Of a stretch of DNA of 64,000 nucleotides, positions 53,666-61,997 are shown one piece after another. The notes below the pieces were generated by a model that saw only the letters and a program-made list of their open reading frames with translations, did not search any database and was not told the DNA's origin. The translations under genes were made by a program, and so were the position numbers. Position 1 is the first letter of the stretch. Each line of letters begins with the position of its first letter. Origin of the DNA: Bacteriovoracia bacterium (lineage in GTDB: Bacteria; Bdellovibrionota; UBA1018; JBFWNL01); the NCBI GenBank assembly GCA_050251055.1, contig JBFWNL010000001.1, positions 697,210 through 761,209 on the forward strand, written 5' to 3'.

Positions 53666-54642
53666 AGACCGTCGCCATCATCGGCTGCGGGAACATCGGT
53701 TATCGGCACTTTCAGGCGACCTGCAACACCCCCGCCGTCGGCCAAGTCGTCGTGGTGGAACCCGATCAAGCCCGGCTGGAGACGGCGGTCAAGGACGTGG
53801 AGAAGCACTCGCCCTCCCTTCGCATCTCGGCTTTCCCGTCGATCGAAAAAGCGGTCGCGGAAGTGAAAGCGGTGGACTGCGTGATCAGCGCGCTCACCAC
53901 CGACATCCAGACGCGGCTCATGCCCCAAATCCTCGCCTTTGATTGCCGGCATTACCTGTTTGAGAAGCCATTCGCGCAGAGCAAGGCCTTGATGAACGAA
54001 CTCTGTGGACAGGTCGCCAAGAAAACTGAGCTCTCGAACGCCTACGTGAATTGCTCTCGGAACCTCTGGGACGGCTATCAGCGCATACGGAACTGGATCG
54101 GGACCGACCGGTCCAGAACCTCATTTCACATGGACGTCATCGGGAACCTTTGGGGACTCGGCTGCAATACCGTGCACTTCCTGGAATACTTTCGGTACAT
54201 GACGGGCGCGCAGACCTTGAAGTCGGTTTCCACGCAACTCCTGAGTTCCCCTTACGGGAACAAGCGGGGCGCTCAGTACGAAGAGTTCGTCGGCACCGCC
54301 GCCTTCGCGAACGAGCTCGGGGACACGATTCAGATCACTTCGGGCGCGGCGATCGATAAACCCACCGGGATCTTCGTCACCTTCAAGGAGAAGGCGAACG
54401 ACCTGCTACGCTTCGCGCTCGACGAAGACAAGGGCATGCTGTTCGACTTCACGGAAGGCAAGCGCACCGCTTTCGATCCGCTCTACGTAAGCAAGAGCAC
54501 ACGGCTCTTCCTGGAGAAACTCTTTCAGAATCCGTCCACGGCGATGGCGATTCCGAACTTGAACCAGGCGAAGCTCGTGCACTTCGCCTTCTTCGATGCG
54601 CTACACGCGGCGACCAAACGTGATCACTTCGCGATCACCTGA
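53662..54642 (+). CDS. Gfo/Idh/MocA-family oxidoreductase
   Basis: MKTVAIIGCGNIGYRHF and HYLFEKPFAQ (EKP motif). ATGA overlap with the upstream paralogous-fold gene. Confidence 0.72.
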   Translation: MKTVAIIGCGNIGYRHFQATCNTPAVGQVVVVEPDQARLETAVKDVEKHSPSLRISAFPSIEKAVAEVKAVDCVISALTTDIQTRLMPQILAFDCRHYLFEKPFAQSKALMNELCGQVAKKTELSNAYVNCSRNLWDGYQRIRNWIGTDRSRTSFHMDVIGNLWGLGCNTVHFLEYFRYMTGAQTLKSVSTQLLSSPYGNKRGAQYEEFVGTAAFANELGDTIQITSGAAIDKPTGIFVTFKEKANDLLRFALDEDKGMLFDFTEGKRTAFDPLYVSKSTRLFLEKLFQNPSTAMAIPNLNQAKLVHFAFFDALHAATKRDHFAIT

Positions 54643-54654
54643 GTGAGGCCTAGG

Positions 54655-55506
54655 ATGTCCGGTTACCAATGCCGCTTCTGTGAATCCAACCTGCAACTCA
54701 CCGGCGACTTTTGCGGAGATCGACCCGAGATCGCCATCGGGAAGTGCGCGGCCTGCGGGCTCGTGCAAACGGTGACCGATACGCACATCTCCGTGCAGGA
54801 CTACGCTTCGGACACCCATTTCCCGCCGGATATGACCGCGATCCGCGGGCGCGAACTGCGATGGAATCAAAAGCGCGTGAAGCTATTGAAACAGCACCTG
54901 CCCGGGATTGAATCGCGAAAGATTCTCGACTTCGGCTGTGGCACCGGGGGATTCCTGGAGCAGGCGGAGCAGGCTCGCTTTAACGTGATTGGGTTCGACG
55001 TTTCGGCGCGAGTGGCCCGCGAGCACGGCCAGCGGGGCTGGAAATGCGTGAGCGACTTCGCGGAGATCGATGGCGACGTGGATGTGGTCGCGCTTTTTCA
55101 CGTTCTGGAACATCTCCCTATGCCTTGGGAAAATCTGGCCGCCCTAAGGAAATCTTTCCCGAACGCCAAGACGTACGTGCTCGAAGTGCCCAACACGGAA
55201 GAGGCGCTTAACTCCGTGTTCGGGAACGCGGCTTACCGTCGGAATCATTTCTGCCACGACCACCTTTACTATTTTTCGGAAAAGACCTTCAAGGCGACGA
55301 TCGAACGGGCCGGCTTGCGCATCCAGTTCTTCACCCAAACCCAACGCTACACTCTCGCCAACAACTTGGGTTGGCTGGCCAATAACAAGGGCGGGGCCCA
55401 GAACGTTTGGACGATGTTCAATGGTGACGCGCTAAACGACGCGTACGAGAAGGTCTTGGCCGAACATGGGGTGGGCGACTCGCTTTTCGCGATCTGCTCC
55501 GTCTAG
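54655..55506 (+). CDS. class I SAM-dependent methyltransferase with N-terminal Cys4 ribbon
   Basis: ORF track 54643..55506; likely start is ATG 54655 (MSGYQCRFCESNL...GKCAACGLVQ). Motif I is ILDFGCGTGGFL; also VVALFHVLEHL. Confidence 0.8.
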   Translation: MSGYQCRFCESNLQLTGDFCGDRPEIAIGKCAACGLVQTVTDTHISVQDYASDTHFPPDMTAIRGRELRWNQKRVKLLKQHLPGIESRKILDFGCGTGGFLEQAEQARFNVIGFDVSARVAREHGQRGWKCVSDFAEIDGDVDVVALFHVLEHLPMPWENLAALRKSFPNAKTYVLEVPNTEEALNSVFGNAAYRRNHFCHDHLYYFSEKTFKATIERAGLRIQFFTQTQRYTLANNLGWLANNKGGAQNVWTMFNGDALNDAYEKVLAEHGVGDSLFAICSV

Positions 55507-56615
55507 TTTTTCCGTCGATAATTCTCGAAAAGCGCGTCCCCGAAATTCTCCGCAAGCCGCTTCATCCCGGCGGGTGAGAAGTGGATTGAATCGACGAAAT
55601 ATTCCTTGTCCATCGTGAAGGACCGCGCCTGGTCCACGAAATCCACGCCCAATTCTTCAGCGATCTCCTGCCGATGCCGGTTCTGGATGCGAACGCCTTC
55701 ACCGAACTTATCGGCGACCGGATTTTTCTGGTAATTATAGTGGACGAACGATCCAATCAGCACTTCGATTCCGTAATGCCGGGCCAGCACGACGATGTGC
55801 TTCAAGATGTCCTTCTCGACGCCTAGATCCTGGAACTCGCGATCGTAGTCGGGTTCGGTGGCCGTGATCATACGCAGGACGTCGTTGCGCACGTTTCCGG
55901 TACCAAAAATCCGATCCTTCGTGCTCTCGTACGCGTGTAAAAAAGGGATCTTCGGCAAACGGGCGCTCAATCGGATTTTGGCCAGGACTTCCCCCAGGTT
56001 TTTCCGACTGTGGGAATAATCCGTGTGAAAGGACGGCGTAAGATACAGATGGAGATCATTGAAGCCATGGTAAAGCACGATGTAGTCCGGCTTGAGCGGC
56101 AGGACGTTCAAAGTGAAGTTAATAAAAATATCCGGACTGGTCCAGCCGCCGATCCCGCAATTGAGGACCTCTATTTCGCGGTCAATCCCCGCCGCTTTGA
56201 ACTTGGCCTGGAGATGCGCCTCTAGGAGCGCAGGGTACGTGTAGTCGCGTTCGTCGTCTGCGATATTGTTGGCGGTCGTGGATGCCCCAATGCAGGCAAC
56301 GCGCAACGTACGGGGATCTTTCTGGGGCGAAAAATCCTTTCCGAAGTGGCCTAGATTGTTCAGACGCAGGGGTTGCTTGAAGGAGCTGAACCGATGGTAA
56401 TGAAGCTCGTAAGGTAGCTTCTGATTACGATCGATGACGGTGTTTCGCTTATACGCGAAGCTCAAATAAGGGTGGCTGACCACGTACATCTTCTTCCACG
56501 GCAGCTTGAACGAGACGTGGTAGTCGTGACCGTGTTTGCGTCGATAATTAAGTCGAAAGATGATTTCGATGAGGACAATGGCGACCAATCCGGCCGCTAG
56601 GAAAGAAAGCATCAC
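55503..56615 (-). CDS. SGNH/GDSL-type hydrolase (esterase / acyl-modifying) with N-terminal TM anchor
   Basis: N-terminal TM (MLSFLAAGLVAIVLIEIIF). RVACIGASTT (block I Ser), CGIGGWTS (block II Gly), VLYHGFNDL (block III Asn), DSIHFSPAG (block V D..H). GTG at 56615 or ATG at 56612. Confidence 0.75.
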   Translation of the reverse strand: MMLSFLAAGLVAIVLIEIIFRLNYRRKHGHDYHVSFKLPWKKMYVVSHPYLSFAYKRNTVIDRNQKLPYELHYHRFSSFKQPLRLNNLGHFGKDFSPQKDPRTLRVACIGASTTANNIADDERDYTYPALLEAHLQAKFKAAGIDREIEVLNCGIGGWTSPDIFINFTLNVLPLKPDYIVLYHGFNDLHLYLTPSFHTDYSHSRKNLGEVLAKIRLSARLPKIPFLHAYESTKDRIFGTGNVRNDVLRMITATEPDYDREFQDLGVEKDILKHIVVLARHYGIEVLIGSFVHYNYQKNPVADKFGEGVRIQNRHRQEIAEELGVDFVDQARSFTMDKEYFVDSIHFSPAGMKRLAENFGDALFENYRRKN

Positions 56616-56618
56616 CCA

Positions 56619-56735
56619 TTACCACATGGGATAGATGGTTTCTTTAGGGAGCTTGCCGTCTTTTTTCTGGGCCTTGCGCGGTCCCCAAAACTTCAGCGCC
56701 GAAACCAAGCGCAATATCAGATCTAAAAGCTTCAT
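56619..56735 (-). CDS. possible 38-codon small ORF upstream of the SGNH gene (hypothetical)
   Basis: ATG 56735 gives MKLLDLILRLVSALKFWGPRKAQKKDGKLPKETIYPMW, with TAA at 56619-56621, 3 nt before the SGNH start. It fills the only gap between two minus-strand genes. No homology recognised. Confidence 0.2.
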   Translation of the reverse strand: MKLLDLILRLVSALKFWGPRKAQKKDGKLPKETIYPMW

Positions 56736-56760
56736 GCGCCCGACTATAATCCAAAAAGCT

Positions 56761-58680
56761 TTAGATTTCTTCTCTTTTTGTGGGGCCTTTTCCCCTGGAA
56801 TGCAGGGCTTCATCGATGGCCTGGGCGATCCGTCGGGCGCTTTGTCCATCTAACGCATGCCGGGCCTTAATGATGGCTGCCCGCTGCTTTTCGATCATTT
56901 GTTTCCGGAAAGCTTCGTCGCCGATCAGGGAGGTCAATCCCTTCTCCAACTCGTCGTAGGTATGGACGTTCAAAATGGCACCGTGGAAGAACTCGGCCGC
57001 CTTCTCATGAGGCTCGTTGGACGAAACAATGACTTTATCTTTGCCGAACAGGACCGCTTCGAAAGTGACGGAAGAAAACCGGTCGACGATGCAGGCATCC
57101 GCGTAGTTCAGGATATGGGGCGTCGTTTTGGAGCCACCCAAGACCTTGAATTGAACTTCCGGCCCGATCTCACGCACAAGATTTTCAATGAACGCCACGT
57201 TCGTTTCGTTGGGATGAAGTTTTACGATAATGAACGCATCGAGCTTCCGCGCGAGCCGGCAGAGCTGGGTCAAAAATTCGCGGTGCTCATTGCGGTCGGG
57301 CCCTTCGCGATCGGTCAGAAAGCCAGCGATGACGAACTTCCGGGTAGGCCGGGAGATTCCCAACGCCGCGGCGGAATCCTGCCGGGAGTGGGACGCCTTG
57401 AACTGGGTGATCTTGTCGAAGCGGGCCATGCCGGTGATGATCATTTTTTTCGGGTCCACGCCGGAGAGGGCCCAACGATCCCGAACGGCCTCGCCGTTCA
57501 TCAAAAAGAGATCCACTTTGGAATAACTGGCAAAAGCAAAGTACCGCACGTCGGCGTGATGAAACTGCACCATCAAGGGCCTTTCAATAGCGACCTCCTG
57601 GTGAAAGAGACAATTCAGCTCATTCCCCTCGGTTCCGGCCTTAATGGCTACGGGCCGATACTTTTTCAGGAGTTTCTGGATCGCGTACCACCGGGTGAGC
57701 CGGCGGAAGCAAGTCCAGGAAAAGAGGAGATCCAGTTGGGGATCGATCAGGGGAATGATTCCCGCGCCCTGCGCTCGCAGCTTGCCTTGCGCCTCTCGGT
57801 AATACGCAGGCTTCAATTTCCACCAGTTCCGATAGGTTCGCAGCGTTAAGGAAAGCGCTTGGGCGATATCCGCGAGGGATACATGGTAATCAATGCTTTC
57901 TATCGGGTGAGGGGCTTTCGCCATTTCCCGGTAGTTCTCGTCGATGCCCAGGCACACCCCGACGGGGAGATAACCCAGGCTGGCCACCTCGTTCATAACC
58001 GGAAGCAAGGTCTCCGAGAAGACATCCGTTCGCGAATCCGTCACAAAGAAGAGCGCCGGCTTTTCCGAAGGCAGGGTCCGAACCGGAACGCTTTTCAATC
58101 GAAGCGCATCCACGGTTCTTCTCGCGGCGGACCGGAACAGTCGCGACCGCGGATACTGAAACCGGGTTTGCGTCGTACTCCCCTGAAAGAAAGTCTCAAA
58201 AGCCTGCTCGGCCACGTTTCGTTCCCCACTACGGATCAGGGTCGCGATCCTTGAACCTCCGGGGACCGTAAGAGAGCCGAAGAACCGGTAGTATCGGACC
58301 GCGTCGTAAATCATATCGGTCAGTTCAGATGGATACGGCTCCACAAACAACGCGTTCCTTAGCGCCGGATCTTGCCCCGCAGCCAGTCTACGGCAAAGCT
58401 GGCTTAGCTCGTCCATGATCGCCTTGGTTCCTTGAACTTCCGGCGAATCTTGGGAAGGGTATTCGTCGGCGAAGGCCAGGGGCGCGGCGACCGAATTTTC
58501 CAGAATGAAGATTTGACCAAAGAGCTGACGAATCTCATCCGAGAGGGGTAGGCTCTTCCGCACGATCAATTCAGATTTTTGCCCTAGAGAGTGGGGGTTG
58601 GCTTGGATGAACTTCCGAATCGGGCCGGGGGATGCGCCAAAATAGGCGAAGAGCTGGGTGGCGCCAGAATCCATTTCCAA
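56761..58680 (-). CDS. large GT-B-like transferase (TagF/CDP-glycerol glycerophosphotransferase- or Capsule_synth-like, HP motif)
   Basis: The C-terminal ~220 aa read FVIAGFL...FIIVKLHPNE...ILNYADACIVDRFSSVTFEAVLFGKDKVIV. This resembles the K.HP and TDYSS(v/i).f(d/e) motifs of TagF-like and KpsS/KpsC-like enzymes. The N-terminal ~400 aa are unassigned. Confidence 0.5.
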   Translation of the reverse strand: MEMDSGATQLFAYFGASPGPIRKFIQANPHSLGQKSELIVRKSLPLSDEIRQLFGQIFILENSVAAPLAFADEYPSQDSPEVQGTKAIMDELSQLCRRLAAGQDPALRNALFVEPYPSELTDMIYDAVRYYRFFGSLTVPGGSRIATLIRSGERNVAEQAFETFFQGSTTQTRFQYPRSRLFRSAARRTVDALRLKSVPVRTLPSEKPALFFVTDSRTDVFSETLLPVMNEVASLGYLPVGVCLGIDENYREMAKAPHPIESIDYHVSLADIAQALSLTLRTYRNWWKLKPAYYREAQGKLRAQGAGIIPLIDPQLDLLFSWTCFRRLTRWYAIQKLLKKYRPVAIKAGTEGNELNCLFHQEVAIERPLMVQFHHADVRYFAFASYSKVDLFLMNGEAVRDRWALSGVDPKKMIITGMARFDKITQFKASHSRQDSAAALGISRPTRKFVIAGFLTDREGPDRNEHREFLTQLCRLARKLDAFIIVKLHPNETNVAFIENLVREIGPEVQFKVLGGSKTTPHILNYADACIVDRFSSVTFEAVLFGKDKVIVSSNEPHEKAAEFFHGAILNVHTYDELEKGLTSLIGDEAFRKQMIEKQRAAIIKARHALDGQSARRIAQAIDEALHSRGKGPTKREEI

Positions 58681-58796
58681 TCAATAACATCAAATACTTA
58701 GTGCGTCATTTCTGAAGTTCGAGAGCCGCCTTCACTTTTAAGCCAGGACTACCGAACCAATTGAAATTGTAAGCAAAAGATGCGACTAACTTATCC

Positions 58797-59747
58797 ATGA
58801 CGACATCGCTGCATAAGGATGCCCCTGTCTTCGTGGCCGGACATCGAGGCCTGGTCGGATCTGCCGTAGTCCGTCGCCTGCAAGCGGCCGGCTATTCAAA
58901 TCTCTTACTTAGATCCCGCGCCGAACTCGACCTTTTAGACCAGGCGGCGGTGCATGCGTTCTTCAAAGAACAGCGCCCCACCTACGTCGTGCTCGCAGCC
59001 GCAAAAGTGGGCGGCATCCACGCGAACAATACTTTTCCCGCCGACTTCCTCTACGAAAATCTCGTCACGGCCGGTAACGTAATCCACGCCGCCGCCGAAG
59101 CGGGCACCGAGAAACTCCTTTTCTTGGGTAGCTCCTGCATCTACCCGAAGCTCGCGACGCAGCCTCTGCGCGAAGACAGCTTGCTCACCGGCCCGCTGGA
59201 GCCAACCAACGAAGGCTACGCGCTTGCCAAAATCGTGGGTCTCAAGCTCTGCCAGATGTACCAGCGGCAATACAAAAAGCGTTTTATCTCTTGCATGCCG
59301 ACGAATCTGTACGGACCAAACGACAACTTCCACCCGGATCACTCGCACGTCATTCCGGGGATGCTCCGCCGCTTCCACGAAGCGAAGATCCAGAAGCGTC
59401 CGGAAGTCGTGATCTGGGGAACGGGTACGCCGAAGCGTGAATTCCTCTACGTCGACGACTTGGCCGAAGCGATCCAGCTCCTGCTCGAAACCTACGAAGG
59501 CACGGATACGATCAACGTCGGCACCGGCGAAGACGGCACCATTCGCGAGCTCGCTGAAACCGTCGCGCGCGTCGTGGGTTACGAAGGCAAGATCGTGACC
59601 GACCCGTCGAAGCCCGACGGGACGCCCCGCAAAGTGCTCGATGTTTCTAGAATCAATGGACTGGGCTGGAAAGCGCGCCACGATCTCGCGACCGGCCTAC
59701 GGCTCACTTACGAATGGGCACTCTCCCAAGGCATGTTTCAAACATAA
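58797..59747 (+). CDS. fcl: GDP-L-fucose synthase (GDP-4-keto-6-deoxymannose 3,5-epimerase/4-reductase)
   Basis: [18 protein letters not shown]...[24 protein letters not shown]...[16 protein letters not shown]...LEPTNE.YA.AKI.G.KLC..Y.RQY...[18 protein letters not shown]...PDGTPRK.LDVSR is near-identical in pattern to WcaG/Fcl. Confidence 0.93.
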   Translation: MTTSLHKDAPVFVAGHRGLVGSAVVRRLQAAGYSNLLLRSRAELDLLDQAAVHAFFKEQRPTYVVLAAAKVGGIHANNTFPADFLYENLVTAGNVIHAAAEAGTEKLLFLGSSCIYPKLATQPLREDSLLTGPLEPTNEGYALAKIVGLKLCQMYQRQYKKRFISCMPTNLYGPNDNFHPDHSHVIPGMLRRFHEAKIQKRPEVVIWGTGTPKREFLYVDDLAEAIQLLLETYEGTDTINVGTGEDGTIRELAETVARVVGYEGKIVTDPSKPDGTPRKVLDVSRINGLGWKARHDLATGLRLTYEWALSQGMFQT

Positions 59748-59759
59748 GGAGACACAAAA

Positions 59760-61100
59760 TTGAATAGCACCGAAATCGGCTCGATCGTCCTTACCCTAAG
59801 CGTACTGATCGCCAGCGTGCACGTCCTTGGCTACGTTTTCGAAAAATTCCGGCAACCTCGCCTCATCGGTGAAATCGTCGCTGGCATCCTGTTCGGACCT
59901 TTCGTGTTGAGCCACCTCGCCCCCGGCATTGCGCAGCGGCTTTTCGGCGGTGGCATCCCGGGGCCCAACAAGATCGATATCGTCTTGGGCTTTATGTACT
60001 GGATCGGTCTCTTCCTACTCATGTTCATTTCCGGCAGCGAAACACGCCGCCTGATGGCGCGCGAAAACCATCGGCAGACCGCGTGGCTTTTAGGCGTCGG
60101 CACCCCCCTCCCCTTCTGTTTGGTCTTGGGTCTAGGCGCTTTCCTGCCCCTGGAAACGATCACCGGTACGGCGGGTCAGCAAACTTCCGCTTTGCTGGTG
60201 CTGGCCATCGCCGTGGCCGTGACTTCGATTCCAGTCATTTCCCGCATCTTTTACGACCTAGGCATTCTGCATACGCGCTTCGCGAGCCTCATCTTAGGCT
60301 CGGCGGTACTGGAAGACATCGCGCTCTGGGGCGTCCTAGCCGTGGCGACCAGCATCGCCGCCACCGCGACGCTCGCGCAAGAGACCGTCGTGAAGGATAT
60401 CACCGCCCACGTCGGCGCGGCCTTCCTTTATATGGGAATCGGTTTAACCTTGGCCCCGTGGCTCTTGCGCAAACTACACCCGCAGCGTTTGAACCTACTA
60501 GTTAAAGCGTCGCCCGTGGGTTACGTGTTTTTCATTCTATTCTTGTATGCCGCGCTCGCGGCCCTCATGGACGTGAACCTCGTATTCGCGGCATTCCTGG
60601 CTGGGTTCGGCCTGGTGGGTGGCGTCGGCGGACACGAGCGGAAGCGCTTCTCCGAGCAGTTGGATTCCATCGCAAACGTTGCACGGGCCGTCTTCATCCC
60701 GGTTTATTTCTTTATCGTGGGTTACAAGCTAGTCTTGGGCAAAGGCTTCTCGCTGCCGATGCTGGCTACCTTCCTGGTGGCCTCATCACTCATCTCGTTG
60801 ATTTGCACGGGCCTGGCCGCGCACCTCGCGGGCTTCCGCAAGCTCGACATCGTGAACCTGGCCGTGACGACCAACGCACGCGGTGGTCCCGGGATCGTGC
60901 TCGCCAGCGTGGCTTACGATGCGGGCATTATCAATGCGCCCTTTTACACGACGCTCGTGTTGAGCGCGGTGCTGACTTCGCAAGCAGCGGGAGTTTGGCT
61001 GCGGTATGTGCTGACGCGCGGCTGGCCGCTGCTTTCATCGCATCCAGATGAGACTTGGGATGTCACCCATCCGGCGCGGGCGATTGGGCAGAAAGCATAG
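59760..61100 (+). CDS. cation:proton antiporter (CPA2/Kef-NapA-like Na+/H+ exchanger family)
   Basis: TTG start. 12-13 TM segments. FEKFRQPRLIGEIVAGILFGP and FISGSE are typical of the Na_H_Exchanger family. Confidence 0.8.
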   Translation: MNSTEIGSIVLTLSVLIASVHVLGYVFEKFRQPRLIGEIVAGILFGPFVLSHLAPGIAQRLFGGGIPGPNKIDIVLGFMYWIGLFLLMFISGSETRRLMARENHRQTAWLLGVGTPLPFCLVLGLGAFLPLETITGTAGQQTSALLVLAIAVAVTSIPVISRIFYDLGILHTRFASLILGSAVLEDIALWGVLAVATSIAATATLAQETVVKDITAHVGAAFLYMGIGLTLAPWLLRKLHPQRLNLLVKASPVGYVFFILFLYAALAALMDVNLVFAAFLAGFGLVGGVGGHERKRFSEQLDSIANVARAVFIPVYFFIVGYKLVLGKGFSLPMLATFLVASSLISLICTGLAAHLAGFRKLDIVNLAVTTNARGGPGIVLASVAYDAGIINAPFYTTLVLSAVLTSQAAGVWLRYVLTRGWPLLSSHPDETWDVTHPARAIGQKA

Positions 61101-61250
61101 ATAGGTGAGCCGCTGGCTTTTTATAAAAAAGGTCGACGGCTTCCCAAAGCCCCTTGATTCAATGAGCACTTACAGACTGGTAGGCATGACAACTCGTGGT
61201 CTTCAAACCGTCCACGCTTCCGAAAACAGCCTTTGTTTTTAGATTGATTC

Positions 61251-61997
61251 TCAGGCCATCGAAGAAACAGAGGTGTGCTTGCGCTTGTCTTTCTTATTTG
61301 CCTTGCCCTTGCGCACCTCACCCCAGTAAAGCTTCAGAAACGCGATGCCGGTTTGCAGGCTTGGCGAGCCTTCGCGGTTATCGATGCGCGAAGCTTCATA
61401 CGTAGGGAACTCCACAATCTTGAGGCCTAACTTGAAAGCCCGAATAGAGCTTTGATACTCGATCGTGTACCCTGGGCCATCGAGCTCAAGCTGCGCCCAG
61501 GCTTTCTTTGTAATGGCGCGGAAGCCATTAATCGTGTCGGTAACATACCCCCCGCGCAGCGTAGGGCCCAGGTTCCAGGTCACGTTCGCCATGAGCGTGA
61601 AGGCGTTGTTCGCCCACTTACGCAGCGGAAAAAGCAGCTCGTCTTCCTCGTTATGCGCGCCCTTCACCATGCGGGTGCCGATCACGATATCGCCGCCACC
61701 TTCCAGATGCGGACGGAACTTCGGGATGTCGGCGGCGTCTTCGTTGCCGTCGGGGCTGTAGAAAATCAAGGCGTCGCCGGTGGCGCGGCGGAACGCCTCG
61801 CGAAAGGCTTCGCCGCGGCCGCGCACGGTCTGTGGATAAACGGTGACGCCATTTTCACGTAAGAATTCGATCGTACCGTCGGTGCTGCCCCCATCGATGG
61901 CAAAAACCTCATCCACCGCGTTACGCGGAATCTTCGCGAAAACCTCGCGCAGGCCGACGATTTCATTCAAAGTCAAGATAACGAGGGAAATTTTCAT
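61251..61997 (-). CDS. glycosyltransferase family 2 (soluble, DPM1-like)
   Basis: MKISLVILTLNEIVGL...VFAIDGGSTDGT...LIFYSPDGNEDAADIP...VIGTRM. Paralogous to the C-terminal domain of the upstream fusion gene. ATGA overlap. Confidence 0.82.
   Translation of the reverse strand: MKISLVILTLNEIVGLREVFAKIPRNAVDEVFAIDGGSTDGTIEFLRENGVTVYPQTVRGRGEAFREAFRRATGDALIFYSPDGNEDAADIPKFRPHLEGGGDIVIGTRMVKGAHNEEDELLFPLRKWANNAFTLMANVTWNLGPTLRGGYVTDTINGFRAITKKAWAQLELDGPGYTIEYQSSIRAFKLGLKIVEFPTYEASRIDNREGSPSLQTGIAFLKLYWGEVRKGKANKKDKRKHTSVSSMA

Noticed and set aside
58797-59747. Considered calling this gene colC (GDP-colitose synthase) because of the ColD-like domain nearby.
   Set aside because: The sequence follows E. 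coli WcaG/Fcl almost block for block, so fcl is the better-supported call. A dual or ColC-like role remains possible but is not shown by the sequence.
61108-61141. Imperfect palindrome AGCCG...CTTTTTATAAAAAAG...CGGCT between the convergent antiporter and GT2 genes, considered as a bidirectional intrinsic terminator.
   Set aside because: The stem is interrupted and mostly A-T, so predicted stability is low. I am not confident enough to annotate it as a terminator.
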